Shown here one piece after another: positions 36,933 to 47,175 of a DNA stretch of 64,000 nucleotides (position 1 is its first letter; each line of letters opens with the position of its first letter). The position numbers and the translations under genes are program-made. The DNA lies in IMG/VR virus record IMGVR_UViG_3300042878_001709, positions 1 to 64,000 of that record; one strand, written 5' to 3'. A model generated the notes under the pieces. It ran no database searches, was not told where the DNA came from, and was given only the letters and a program-made list of their open reading frames with translations. The DNA is from an uncultured virus (IMG/VR IMGVR_UViG_3300042878_001709). Lineage: Duplodnaviria > Heunggongvirae > Uroviricota > Caudoviricetes.

Positions 36933-38549
36933 GTGGATAATAGAAAAAAAGAATATTTGGATAAAATAATTATGTATCTTTTTGAAGATACGGATTTTGA
37001 ATATATACCTGAAGACAAAGAATGTAGTATTGTAGTAGATACTCATTTCACTACAGATTGTTTTGATGATTGGAGATGTTATGATCACACTCTAATTCAA
37101 GATTTTTGTGTGGAAGATTATGGGTTAACAGTAGATGAAGTTAAATACGTGTGGAGGGAATATAATAAAATGATTTACCATAAAGTAGGAGAGATAGTAG
37201 TTAATAATACTAATAGAAATATTAATGAATCTATAAATGATGATAATTACTCCCAAAAGGTAGTAAGTGTTATGAAACCCCCTTATATTGAGGACTTAAG
37301 GATGTTCAAAATACCTACCGATAAATGGTTAGATGTATTTTCATTACTTTTTAATAAAGATAAAAATTTTTTAGAAATAGATAGAAATATAAATAGTGAG
37401 GCAACAATTATATCTATTAATATCCCTACTAACCCACCTAAACTTCCTTTATACGTTGAGTGGGATAATGGTCCGTGGACATTAAGAGATTACGATGAAA
37501 TGGGGAATATGATATATTATGAAGAGAGTGATGGGTACTGGGAAAAATATGAATATAATGATAAGAGTGTGCCCACATATTATGAAAACTCTGATGGTTA
37601 TTCAGATGATTACATTGAAAATAATCTTAACGAATCTATAAGTGATAAAGAAAATTTTATAATAGATAAGATTGTAAATTTTATGTTAGAAGATACTAAC
37701 TATAAAATTAAAACTATTAAAGACGAACCAGTTGTTAGAATAGTATATCCCTTTTATGGGGAAGAACAAGTTTATACTGAGGATCGGAACGGAATAGATT
37801 ATCATTTAATTTTTATGGATGGTTGGTCAGTTGGTACTGATGACTATACATATATGAACGATCAATTCGGTATTACCAATAAAAATATTATACAAGAGAT
37901 TTTCAATAAGTATAACTTAGTATTATTTACTCAATTGAAAAAAGAAATAGAAGGTAAGATGGGGAGAAGTAATATTAACGAATCAGTAGAAATTAATAAC
38001 AGATTTTTAGATAAGGTTGTAGAATCTTTAATTGGGGGTACAAGTATTGTCCCTAAATTACAAATGATAGTGTACCCATCGATAAATTTTTATTCTTCAC
38101 GTATGTCTTTATTATTACCAAGTAAAGTATTTTATAATGAATTTTCAGACTACTGTGAGAAACATTATGGTACAACTTCAGATGAATTTGATATTATATG
38201 GAAAAAATATAGTAAGATTATGTTCGATAAATTTGACAAAGGGGAGAATATTTTAAAAGAATCTGATGATAGGAGAAAAAATTATTTAGATAAAGTTTTA
38301 GAGTTTATTTTATCTGACACACATATTACTTCTTATACTTCTTGGGAGTGGGTGAATATAGAAGTACCGTTTACTGATTTACAATATAGTAGAATGAGAC
38401 ATTTTGATCTCTTTAACTTTGTTAATTATTGTAGAGATAACTACGGATTAACTAAAGACGAATCATATAGTGTATGGGAAGATTACATTAACGAAATAAA
38501 TCAAACACTAATCAATGAATGGGGTGTACAGGATCCCATATATCATTGA
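36933..38549 (+). CDS. mixed repeat-domain protein (4 type-A units plus 1 type-B unit)
   Basis: Junctions INES, LNES, INES, LKES; type-B unit KPPY...YYEESDGYW. Confidence 0.85.
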   Translation: MDNRKKEYLDKIIMYLFEDTDFEYIPEDKECSIVVDTHFTTDCFDDWRCYDHTLIQDFCVEDYGLTVDEVKYVWREYNKMIYHKVGEIVVNNTNRNINESINDDNYSQKVVSVMKPPYIEDLRMFKIPTDKWLDVFSLLFNKDKNFLEIDRNINSEATIISINIPTNPPKLPLYVEWDNGPWTLRDYDEMGNMIYYEESDGYWEKYEYNDKSVPTYYENSDGYSDDYIENNLNESISDKENFIIDKIVNFMLEDTNYKIKTIKDEPVVRIVYPFYGEEQVYTEDRNGIDYHLIFMDGWSVGTDDYTYMNDQFGITNKNIIQEIFNKYNLVLFTQLKKEIEGKMGRSNINESVEINNRFLDKVVESLIGGTSIVPKLQMIVYPSINFYSSRMSLLLPSKVFYNEFSDYCEKHYGTTSDEFDIIWKKYSKIMFDKFDKGENILKESDDRRKNYLDKVLEFILSDTHITSYTSWEWVNIEVPFTDLQYSRMRHFDLFNFVNYCRDNYGLTKDESYSVWEDYINEINQTLINEWGVQDPIYH

Positions 38550-38588
38550 TTTAATAAAAAAAAATTTTTACCTTTATATAAAATAAAC

Positions 38589-38837
38589 ATGACAGAAAGA
38601 GAAATACAACTATTGGGTTTTAGTAAAGAAGAAATGAAAGAACATGATGAAGATGATACCTATTACTATGCGTTGGACATAGTAGATGGTTTGACATTCA
38701 TTACTAGATCAAATGACGAAATAATAACTGATGAGTGGTATGTTGATGTTTTTAATACTGATCCAAATATTAGATTCTATTCTTTTGAGGAGTTACAAAG
38801 TCTGATTAATTTATTAATTAGTAGAATTGTAAAATAA
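38589..38837 (+). CDS. hypothetical protein
   Basis: 82 aa ORF. Confidence 0.6.
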   Translation: MTEREIQLLGFSKEEMKEHDEDDTYYYALDIVDGLTFITRSNDEIITDEWYVDVFNTDPNIRFYSFEELQSLINLLISRIVK

Positions 38838-38899
38838 TAAATCTATTCGTATCTACATTTATATTTTTGTTTTTATACGATATTTATTTAAAAACATAT

Positions 38900-39613
38900 A
38901 TGAGTGTTAGAAACATACAATATTTGAATAGGATTGTTGATTTTTTAGTAGATGATACTGAAATTGTCTATAATCATAGACAGTTTTTTATCTCTGGTGA
39001 TGGTGATAAAAAAATTATGAACACCCCATTTGGTGCTTTAGGTTGGGAATATTTTTTAAGGAATCAAGGAACACCTTACATTTTATTTGTAGAATATATT
39101 GAAAATAATTATGGGGTTGCCCGATCAGAGGTTAGATATGTATGGGATAGGTATGTTTCAAAATTAAAAGATAAAAGGTATGGCGGTAATATAGAAACTA
39201 TTACTGAAAGTATTACCTCACATCACCAATGGATGATGGGTAACCCATCAGATTTTTTAAAACTTGATGGTGTTAGTGAGGATCTAAAACAAAAATTAAT
39301 TAAAATTATATATCAAACTGTTGGTAGTATTTTAGAAAGTATGACATATGAACTAGATGAACAAAATCCAACTTTATATGTAGTAAAAATACATGATTTT
39401 CAAAATTCATATGGGTTATACTTAGAAAATGATGGTACTGTATCGTCATTTGAGAAATTTTGTAACACATATATGGATTATATCCTTAAAGAAATGTTAG
39501 CAATATTTAGGGAGTATACATATAAAAATCCTTCGATAGTAACAAGTTTTGGTTTAGGGTCAACGGTTTTATTAATGAATAAGATGGGAGAAATTTTTAT
39601 AAATGAACAGTAG
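38900..39613 (+). CDS. repeat-domain protein (type-A unit plus second domain after ITES)
   Basis: YLNRIVDFLVDDT...YGV..EVRYVWDRY; start moved to ATG 38900 behind ATATTTAT. Confidence 0.75.
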   Translation: MSVRNIQYLNRIVDFLVDDTEIVYNHRQFFISGDGDKKIMNTPFGALGWEYFLRNQGTPYILFVEYIENNYGVARSEVRYVWDRYVSKLKDKRYGGNIETITESITSHHQWMMGNPSDFLKLDGVSEDLKQKLIKIIYQTVGSILESMTYELDEQNPTLYVVKIHDFQNSYGLYLENDGTVSSFEKFCNTYMDYILKEMLAIFREYTYKNPSIVTSFGLGSTVLLMNKMGEIFINEQ

Positions 39614-40211
39614 AATAGAAAAATATTTAAATTATATCATTAATGATTTAATTGCCAACACGAAATTTCAAGAATCTCAATCTCTTGCCGATACGACATT
39701 CTTATTATTTTTTAAGTTACCTTGGAGTAACAGTAGAGCATTTACCGAAGCAAATATGAAAGGGATTTTACGATACGGTTCTATACCACTGGGATTAGTA
39801 GATTACCTCTATAATAATTATACGTTAGAAGATGATAATCAAATCGATTATGTATGGGAAAAATATAAAGATTTTTTAATAGATATTGTTTATAATAAAA
39901 AAACTATTAACGAATCGGACGATAGAATGGTTACGTATTTAGATAAGATATTAAATATTCTTGAAGATGATACCTATCAAGTTAACTCTTCAGTATTAAA
40001 GGTACCTTTTTTTGTCAATAGTATTTCGTTAAGATATAGTAGTAATGAGAATATAGATATCCTATATTTATTAAACCTAGAAACCCCACCACCAAAATTC
40101 GTTAGTTATTGTTTCGATATGTTTAATATTGAGGGTAAAAATCTTAAAATATTATGGGATAACTATAGATTATTCTTAGGTGATTTTGTCACTAATAATA
40201 CAAGATATTAA
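39603..40211 (+). CDS. two-unit repeat-domain protein
   Basis: YLNYII...YVWEKY; INESDD..YLDKIL..DDT...YC. Confidence 0.75.
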   Translation: MNSRIEKYLNYIINDLIANTKFQESQSLADTTFLLFFKLPWSNSRAFTEANMKGILRYGSIPLGLVDYLYNNYTLEDDNQIDYVWEKYKDFLIDIVYNKKTINESDDRMVTYLDKILNILEDDTYQVNSSVLKVPFFVNSISLRYSSNENIDILYLLNLETPPPKFVSYCFDMFNIEGKNLKILWDNYRLFLGDFVTNNTRY

Positions 40212-40218
40212 AATTATT

Positions 40219-41040
40219 ATGAATTTACAAGAAGAATTAAATAGGATAAAAGATATGATGCGTATTGTGTCTGAATCAAAAGATGATTCACCAAATACCG
40301 CAAGTTTTAGAAACCTTAAAAAAACAATAGATGAGTTAAAGAAAAAAAAGAAAGTTTTATTACTTTCTTGTTCTAATAGATATCAGTTCGATGATAATAA
40401 TATCGATATACCTAAATCTAGATTAATTGCCTTATACATAAAAGAAGAGTTAGGTGATATTGCAGAATTTATGGATGTAACAGAAATGAAAATATTACCT
40501 TGTGAGGGTAACGTATCAAGAAAAGATGGGAACAGTTGTGGTATACTAAAGGCAATGTTAAAGGATAAGTCTAAAAATCCTTCTGGTTTTCATAGGTGTT
40601 GGGTGAATATAAATGAACCTTCCGATGAACTATGGAAAATTAGTAAGGAGTTATTTGAATCAGATGCGGTGGTATTCTTTTCATCTGTAAGATGGGGACA
40701 GGCAAATATGTACTACCAAAACTTAATGGAAAGACTTACATGGATTCAAAATAGACACACAACGTTAGGTGAATCTAATTTAATTAAAAATATTGAGTCT
40801 GGGTATATTTGTACGGGACAGAACTGGAATGGTAATAACGTTGTTGACACACAAAAAGAAAGTCATGAGTATTATGGGTTTAAGATAAACGATTCACTTT
40901 ATTGGAATTGGCAGTTCACCAAAGATTCGGATGATGAAACACAAAAATCTTATAAGGGGTCTCACAAAAAGTTTTTAAAAGATACAGGTATTAAAGAATC
41001 ATTTGTAGAGGATCAGAGTAAGGACATTAAGAAATCCTAA
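40219..41040 (+). CDS. leader-tagged flavodoxin-fold protein (NADPH-dependent FMN reductase-like)
   Basis: MNLQEELNRIKDMM; LSCSNR..KS, PCEG, SDAVVFFSSVRWG..LMERL. Confidence 0.65.
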   Translation: MNLQEELNRIKDMMRIVSESKDDSPNTASFRNLKKTIDELKKKKKVLLLSCSNRYQFDDNNIDIPKSRLIALYIKEELGDIAEFMDVTEMKILPCEGNVSRKDGNSCGILKAMLKDKSKNPSGFHRCWVNINEPSDELWKISKELFESDAVVFFSSVRWGQANMYYQNLMERLTWIQNRHTTLGESNLIKNIESGYICTGQNWNGNNVVDTQKESHEYYGFKINDSLYWNWQFTKDSDDETQKSYKGSHKKFLKDTGIKESFVEDQSKDIKKS

Positions 41041-41089
41041 TATAATTTGATTTTATTATTTTCTTTTCTCCTCTATATTTATTATTATA

Positions 41090-42253
41090 ATGGAAAAAGA
41101 AAATATATATAATAAAGTCGCAAAGATAATTCAAAAACCGTATTTTAAAGATTTATCGGAAATGGGGTTTCACGATAAAAAAAGTCATGATCAAATATTA
41201 TCTATTGTTTTTAATAAACCTGTTTACATAACTGATAATTGGAATGAGGTTTTAGATAAAAAAGATAATAATCCACTATATTATGAAACACCTGATGGGT
41301 ATTGGGAACTTTACCGTTGGGATAATGATCACCTTACATATAAAGAATACCCGAATGGAGATTATCTTAGGAAGGTATATGATAACTATGGTAATTTAAT
41401 TGAACATGAGGAGTTAGATATGGGAAACCTATCTATATATAGGTACGATCAAAATGAAAATCAAATATACTACGAAAATAATGGTTTTTGGATAGTAAGT
41501 GAATTTAATTCCAATAACGAATTAATTTATCGAGAAAAATCAGATGGTGATATATATGATATTAGATCGAAAAAAAATATTACAGAATCAGTAGAAGATA
41601 AAAATTCATACTATAAAAAAATAATTCCTTTATTGAAAAAACCTTATATGGTTGATTTCCATAATTTCAATATCCCTATAGAAGAATGGGGTGATATATT
41701 TAAAATGATTTATGGGTGGAGATCAACAATCCATATGTCCCAATCTTTTGGATTTGGGGGGGTTTCATTACCACAATATGTGCAGGTAATGTTAGAAATT
41801 CCCCACACTGGTAAAGAATTGTTGGTGTATTATGAAGATGAAGATGGGGATTGGGTAGAAAAAGAATATGATACTAAAACTGGTAAATTAATAGGATTTG
41901 AAGATGGGGATGGTAAAAGTTACGTTACAGAATCAGTAGATAGAAAACAAAAGTTCTACGATTACATTGTAAAAACAATGTTAGAAGATACTGAATACGA
42001 AATATTGGATAAAAATTATGGGGGTACTATGTCAGAAAAAATTGCCTCAGTAAAGTTTCCTATGTATCCTTGGGAAGAATACACTTATAAACCTTGGGAT
42101 GTACATAGATGGAAGAGCGGATGGATGATGGGTTCAATGGATATTGATTATGTCGTAAATAATTTTGGTGTGGATGAGGAATTGGCAGAAATTATTTTTA
42201 AAAAATATATTAAAGAATTATCGTTAGAGATATCAGAAAAAATGCCTTTTTAG
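41090..42253 (+). CDS. mixed repeat-domain protein (2 type-B units plus 1 type-A unit)
   Basis: KPY...YYE..DG.W units; junctions ITES, VTES. Confidence 0.8.
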   Translation: MEKENIYNKVAKIIQKPYFKDLSEMGFHDKKSHDQILSIVFNKPVYITDNWNEVLDKKDNNPLYYETPDGYWELYRWDNDHLTYKEYPNGDYLRKVYDNYGNLIEHEELDMGNLSIYRYDQNENQIYYENNGFWIVSEFNSNNELIYREKSDGDIYDIRSKKNITESVEDKNSYYKKIIPLLKKPYMVDFHNFNIPIEEWGDIFKMIYGWRSTIHMSQSFGFGGVSLPQYVQVMLEIPHTGKELLVYYEDEDGDWVEKEYDTKTGKLIGFEDGDGKSYVTESVDRKQKFYDYIVKTMLEDTEYEILDKNYGGTMSEKIASVKFPMYPWEEYTYKPWDVHRWKSGWMMGSMDIDYVVNNFGVDEELAEIIFKKYIKELSLEISEKMPF

Positions 42254-42281
42254 GTTATAGAAATATATTTATTGTTATAAT

Positions 42282-42887
42282 ATGAAAGAAATAATACGGA
42301 GAATATTAAAAGAAGAATACAAAAAAATGTCATCTCTACCTAGAAATATTATAATTTCCATATATGATGATATGAATATATCATTGTATGACTTTGTTAA
42401 CGGTGAAATTTTAGGATTTGTAGGATTATCTAGAAATATAGATGGTACCTATTATTTCCCAATGATTGCGGCAGAAAAAGGATTTGGTCCTACAGTATTA
42501 GAAGTGGCATTAATGTTTTGTCATCCTAATGGGTTGATGGTTTCTAGAGATGGGGATATTAGGGGTGATGCCTTTAATGTTTGGGAAAAAATGTATAAAA
42601 GAAAGGATGTTATAAAAGAAACATTACCTTTGAGTGATAAAAACTTTAATTTCGCAATTATCACTGGTGACGATCAAGAAACATATGAAAGTGAATTCGA
42701 AAAAATATCAGAATTTGAATATTTTATAGAAGACGGATTTAAAGAAAATATTTTAATTTATAACAGTAAAATGTCTATAATACCTACAAAAGATTATGGA
42801 CGACTGGTAAGTGATGGATCATTATTGGATCATCATGAAATATATTTAAATGGTAGAGATTTTTTCACACTAAAATATAATAATTAA
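42282..42887 (+). CDS. leader-tagged hypothetical protein (possibly GNAT-like)
   Basis: MKEIIRRILKEE; KGFGP...A.NVW. Confidence 0.55.
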   Translation: MKEIIRRILKEEYKKMSSLPRNIIISIYDDMNISLYDFVNGEILGFVGLSRNIDGTYYFPMIAAEKGFGPTVLEVALMFCHPNGLMVSRDGDIRGDAFNVWEKMYKRKDVIKETLPLSDKNFNFAIITGDDQETYESEFEKISEFEYFIEDGFKENILIYNSKMSIIPTKDYGRLVSDGSLLDHHEIYLNGRDFFTLKYNN

Positions 42888-42894
42888 AAATTTA

Positions 42895-43287
42895 CTATTT
42901 TCCGATTAAATCGGATAATAAATTCTTATATACCCCTACCCTATTTTCTTCTTGTATTATATATTCACTAATAGATTTTATCACCCAAAAGTGTTCACAC
43001 AATAACGTTACTTCATTATTTTTACCTACTGGTGTATCAGTATGGATTGTAAGGGTGTTACTAACATAATATTTTTTCCTATCTCGTAAATAGGATTCTA
43101 AAACAATATAATCTTCCCTAAAATCGATATTTTGGATAGAGAACAACTTTCTATTTTTAGACTTATATTCTTTTTCTAACTCACTATTATTTTCAAAATT
43201 ATATTTATCAGTAATAGGGGTTTTACCATATTTTTTCTCCATAAGTTTTTGGTGTAGTTCCCAGTTATTTATACTATTGTTATCCAT
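42895..43287 (-). CDS. hypothetical protein
   Basis: 130 aa ORF. Confidence 0.55.
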   Translation of the reverse strand: MDNNSINNWELHQKLMEKKYGKTPITDKYNFENNSELEKEYKSKNRKLFSIQNIDFREDYIVLESYLRDRKKYYVSNTLTIHTDTPVGKNNEVTLLCEHFWVIKSISEYIIQEENRVGVYKNLLSDLIGK

Positions 43288-43334
43288 ATTTAAAAATACT
43301 GAAATTAATTTTAAAAGTAAAATATTTATAATAA

Positions 43335-43420
43335 AAGATATTAAAGATAAAACGGATTAGGACCGTTGTTGTCTACGGACAAAATAAACCCATCAGGTTC
43401 GCTACCAAGATGGGTTTTTT
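43335..43420 (+). ncRNA. candidate small RNA (two hairpins plus terminator)
   Basis: ATATTTAT 43322-43329; AACGG/CCGTT; TTGTC-tacg-GACAA; AAACCCATC/GATGGGTTT. Confidence 0.4.
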
Positions 43421-43706
43421 ATTTTTGAGCTAACTCGATATTTCTAATATCCTCAGTTCTAATATTTTTTAGATTGAGTGTCCCTTTTGATAGTTTAGAA
43501 AAATATCCTATACTTTGGTAATGCATTAAAATGTAGTAAAGATAATCAGGAACAAGTATATCGGTTCTAATAACTTTAATACCTATATTTTCATCATTAA
43601 ACTCTTTGGTAGGGGTACCAACGGTATCTACACTACCTTTTCGTTGCAACCAAAAATCGGCATCACCAAAATTGGTTCTTATTTCGCAAATGTCACTTAG
43701 TTTCAT
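43419..43706 (-). CDS. small type I restriction S-subunit-like (TRD fragment) protein
   Basis: MKLSDICEI, RKGS..VG, PDYLYY.L, SKGT...NI...DI.NIEL. Confidence 0.55.
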   Translation of the reverse strand: MKLSDICEIRTNFGDADFWLQRKGSVDTVGTPTKEFNDENIGIKVIRTDILVPDYLYYILMHYQSIGYFSKLSKGTLNLKNIRTEDIRNIELAQK

Positions 43707-43864
43707 TTCTTTCTTATTTGAATCCATTCACCGTCAACGTAATCTTCGTGTATTGTCACAAATGTTAACCATTGTAGTTTACCTTTAATAAATTCAGGGA
43801 TGAACAAAAATTTAGTTACCTTTCTGTCTGTACCATTTAGATTTCTAATTACCATAGTTTTCAT
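43703..43864 (-). CDS. small hypothetical protein
   Basis: Start moved to ATG 43864; TTTG-N19-TATATTTG promoter on minus strand, 43914 to 43884. Confidence 0.55.
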   Translation of the reverse strand: MKTMVIRNLNGTDRKVTKFLFIPEFIKGKLQWLTFVTIHEDYVDGEWIQIRKK

Positions 43865-43947
43865 AGTCGATTGTTTTATGATACAAATATATATATTATT
43901 TTTTAATTGGCAAAATTTTTTATCATAAATTTTAATATTTATTCCAT

Positions 43948-44463
43948 ATGAGTATCTATACAAAAAAATTAATAGGGTATTTCTCAAATACCGAACATCG
44001 GTTAAGAAGACGATCTGAATTGTCAGATTTTGCATTAGATGAAGAAGAATATTTTAATAATTTTTTAAAATATGAAGTATCGTTTTTAAATAAACTAAAA
44101 ATAAGTGATTTTCATACCTCAGATTATCCTGATACTGGTACTTATGATTTTCATTTTGGTATACATTCTGTTCAGGTAGTGAGAAATGGTTTCTATGAAG
44201 ATTCGGTACATGACGAGACAGTTAGACTTTACGTTGATATTTCACCTGGAGGAACGGTAGATATGTACGCAGATGAAGATGCTGAAGTAGTATCACATTA
44301 TATCACTGATTCATTAATTTCTAATCACAAAGATGGGTGGGAGATAAATAACGAAATATTAGATATAATTAGAGATGTGATTCTATTAGAGTTACCTAAG
44401 TTTGTAGATAACACTCGTTTATTTGATATAATAGAGTTATATATTAATTATCCATTAGATTAA
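43948..44463 (+). CDS. hypothetical protein
   Basis: 171 aa, ATATTTAT upstream. Confidence 0.65.
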   Translation: MSIYTKKLIGYFSNTEHRLRRRSELSDFALDEEEYFNNFLKYEVSFLNKLKISDFHTSDYPDTGTYDFHFGIHSVQVVRNGFYEDSVHDETVRLYVDISPGGTVDMYADEDAEVVSHYITDSLISNHKDGWEINNEILDIIRDVILLELPKFVDNTRLFDIIELYINYPLD

Positions 44464-44503
44464 TATTTTTTTCAAATAATGATATATTTATTATATAAAA
44501 GAA

Positions 44504-44770
44504 ATGAGCAGACTGTTAAAAATAAAAAGACAAGTTATTTTAGAGGCAAATAGAAAATTGCTTAATGAATCATTAATCGATGTAGATAATGTTTTAGAAA
44601 TAATGAAATTTAAATTCGGGTGGGGAGATTTATCTCCTTTAAGGGTTGAGGAATTTGAATCTTGGTTGGGAGAGGTAAAAGATAATATGTCTGAGGAAGA
44701 GTACTCAACACTTTTTAATGAGTGGTTAGAGACAGGAACAATAGAAGGATATAACAATGAAATGTATTAA
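44504..44770 (+). CDS. leader-tagged hypothetical protein
   Basis: MSRLLKIKRQVILEANRKLLNE. Confidence 0.6.
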   Translation: MSRLLKIKRQVILEANRKLLNESLIDVDNVLEIMKFKFGWGDLSPLRVEEFESWLGEVKDNMSEEEYSTLFNEWLETGTIEGYNNEMY

Positions 44771-44776
44771 ATTTAT

Positions 44777-45550
44777 ATGAAAAAAAGAATAGTTAGATTA
44801 ACAGAAAGTCAATTAAGTAAGATAGTTAAAAGTGTCTTAAATGAGGCTTACACTGGTATTATACAAATAGGTGATGATTTATGTGAAATAATATGTAAAA
44901 GAAAGTTAGCAATGTACGGATCAAACGGTGACGTTGTTAAAATGATTCAACATTTATTATATGTAAACCAATTTAATACTAAGTACAGTGGTGGTGGTAT
45001 GAATGGTGATTGGTGTTATTCTGATTGGACGAAATGTGATGGAGTATTTAAAAACCAAACTAAAGGGGCAGTAGAAGAGTTTCAAAACAAATTTGGGTTA
45101 ACTGCTGACGGTAAAGTCGGGTTTAATACTTGGCAAATGATGTGTAAAAAATTGTCATTTTCTAAATCACTACCTAAACCAAAATTTTGTACTGAATGTA
45201 ATTGTCAAGATGACAAAGATTGGCAAGATGACAAAGATTGGCAAGATGATTATATTATCGATCCCATAAAAATTATAGATTCAGTTGATTGTGAAAATTT
45301 AAAAGACTGTGTTAAAAAATATATATTTAGTGTTACAGCTCCTGATTTTAAAGGATTTGAGTTTTGTTTAAGAGGTAATAAAAAAGAAAGTGGAAAAGAT
45401 TTATCTTGTAGTCTTTGTAGTAAAACATTTACAACTGGAGATATTAATAAAATGCCTTCTACAGGTATACCTACTGAGGAACAAAAAAGAATTAAAGCTT
45501 TAGGTGATTGGTGTATCAAAAATTGTGATGGGTATAAAGCAACATACTAA
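44777..45550 (+). CDS. leader-tagged Cys-rich protein with peptidoglycan-binding domain
   Basis: MKKRIVRLTESQL; GDVVKMIQ..L; DG.F..T..AV..FQ..GLTADGKVG..T; 18-bp tandem repeat (QDDKDW). Confidence 0.75.
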   Translation: MKKRIVRLTESQLSKIVKSVLNEAYTGIIQIGDDLCEIICKRKLAMYGSNGDVVKMIQHLLYVNQFNTKYSGGGMNGDWCYSDWTKCDGVFKNQTKGAVEEFQNKFGLTADGKVGFNTWQMMCKKLSFSKSLPKPKFCTECNCQDDKDWQDDKDWQDDYIIDPIKIIDSVDCENLKDCVKKYIFSVTAPDFKGFEFCLRGNKKESGKDLSCSLCSKTFTTGDINKMPSTGIPTEEQKRIKALGDWCIKNCDGYKATY

Positions 45551-45551
45551 G

Positions 45552-45791
45552 ATGAAAAAAATTATTATATCAGAAGCCCAACTAAAAAAAATTATAAATG
45601 AATCATTTTATGATTCAAATAAATTATACAATAAACAATATGTCGAAAATGTGACTATGAAGGCACCTAGAGACATTAAAAATATTGTAAGGGGTTTGGA
45701 GGTTATTGGTTGTTATGATTCGAATGGTAATATGAGTCAGTGTGTGAGAATACCTGAAGTCTTATTTATATATATAAACGGTAAATATTAA
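45552..45791 (+). CDS. leader-tagged hypothetical protein
   Basis: MKKIIISEAQLKKIINE. Confidence 0.65.
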   Translation: MKKIIISEAQLKKIINESFYDSNKLYNKQYVENVTMKAPRDIKNIVRGLEVIGCYDSNGNMSQCVRIPEVLFIYINGKY

Positions 45792-45792
45792 G

Positions 45793-46494
45793 ATGAAAAT
45801 TAAAATAACTGAAAATCAGTTTAATAAGTTAATCCTTAAAGAAGACTACTATAAATGTGGTGGGGAATGGAATCCTGTTTGTGCGAAAAGTACCCAAAAT
45901 GGTGACACGTTAGTTTATAAAAATGAGTGTGTTGCAGAAACATCTGCTTCAGAAGTTATATATGTTTTTGGTGATACCCAAAGAGAGGTAGTGAAAGAGG
46001 GAGATTTTTGTTCTTCTTCATCGAAGGTTGAGGAGAGTGTGGTACTCGACGAATTTATTGAGGATATTATAGAAGAACTTAGAGAATTTCAAACAAAACT
46101 GACTAAAGATAAAGAACAAGTGTGTCTGTTTTTAAAAAATGTTTGTTACGGATTAGAGGGTGGTGGTAAAACCATAAAAAAACAAACACAATCTACAATC
46201 GATTGTGCCGCAGATGAAACTGACGTATTAGGTAGTAGTATCATTAGAAAAGGTTGTTATAACAACCTAGTAGGTGAAATACAAACTATGTTAATTAAGA
46301 TGGATTATTTTATCGGTAAATTTGGTCCAAAAAAAGATGGGGTAGATTCTAAATACGGTAAATTTACTATGGATGCCATAAGAAAATTCCAAAAAGAGAA
46401 TGGATTAAATCCTAATGGGATAACTGAAAAAAATACGTATACAAAACTTATAGAAAAAATTAAAGAATTGGATCAGGGAGATATTAAAATATAG
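45793..46494 (+). CDS. leader-tagged Kazal-like plus peptidoglycan-binding protein
   Basis: CGGEWNPVC...YKNEC.A...GDFC; D.KYG..T..AI..FQ..NGL...G. Confidence 0.65.
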   Translation: MKIKITENQFNKLILKEDYYKCGGEWNPVCAKSTQNGDTLVYKNECVAETSASEVIYVFGDTQREVVKEGDFCSSSSKVEESVVLDEFIEDIIEELREFQTKLTKDKEQVCLFLKNVCYGLEGGGKTIKKQTQSTIDCAADETDVLGSSIIRKGCYNNLVGEIQTMLIKMDYFIGKFGPKKDGVDSKYGKFTMDAIRKFQKENGLNPNGITEKNTYTKLIEKIKELDQGDIKI

Positions 46495-47090
46495 TTTTAT
46501 TCCCTATACATTGGAACTTTGGGAAATCGTCCCAAAGTTTAAACTCTCTACCTTTTATCAACATATGACAATTATGTTTCTTCTTCCATTTTTTAGAGTG
46601 TTCGACTATTGAGTCATTATTTTTATTCCTAATATCCCAAGGACATTCTTTACAACATTTAATTTTATTTTCCATACCACTAACTGATAATTTCCCACAC
46701 AAAGTAGACACACTTATCTGAACAATCCCAAGTGTCTAATAGTTTACCACAATCCAATACAGACACATGTTTTGATACTCTAATAATAAATCTACTGTTA
46801 GGGTTCAACATAGACAGTTCTTTACCTGTCATTCTATTTTGTCCTTTCACACCAGGAAAGGAAATTCTTTTAAATTTAAATCCTAATTCATCAAGAGTTT
46901 TAGTAATTTGTTCCTCCCATTTACCTTTAGACGAACCCCTAGAAGCTCTCCATCCGTGACCATACATAATTTTATGTACTTTATTATAATCTTCTTTAGT
47001 GATATTAGTTACTGCTCTAACCATACAATCACCATTACATTTAATGTCTTTCTCACCTTTAGGTTGCGTATACTTAAAAATCATAGTCAA
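46484..47090 (-). other. two untagged hypothetical CDS (46680-47090 and ~46484-46675)
   Basis: TATATTTG on minus strand at 47104-47111; GDCMVRA..HV..DTWD in the first, C..CPW..CH..C.G in the second. Confidence 0.6.
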
Positions 47091-47175
47091 TTAATTTATT
47101 TTACAAATATACGAAAAATTTATCAATAAAAAAAATTTTTCTTAATAAGAATATATTTATTAAATAAAATAGGTT

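Noticed and set aside
45205..45250. 18-bp tandem repeat as a regulatory element
   Set aside because: In-frame QDDKDW linker expansion of about 2.5 copies inside a CDS
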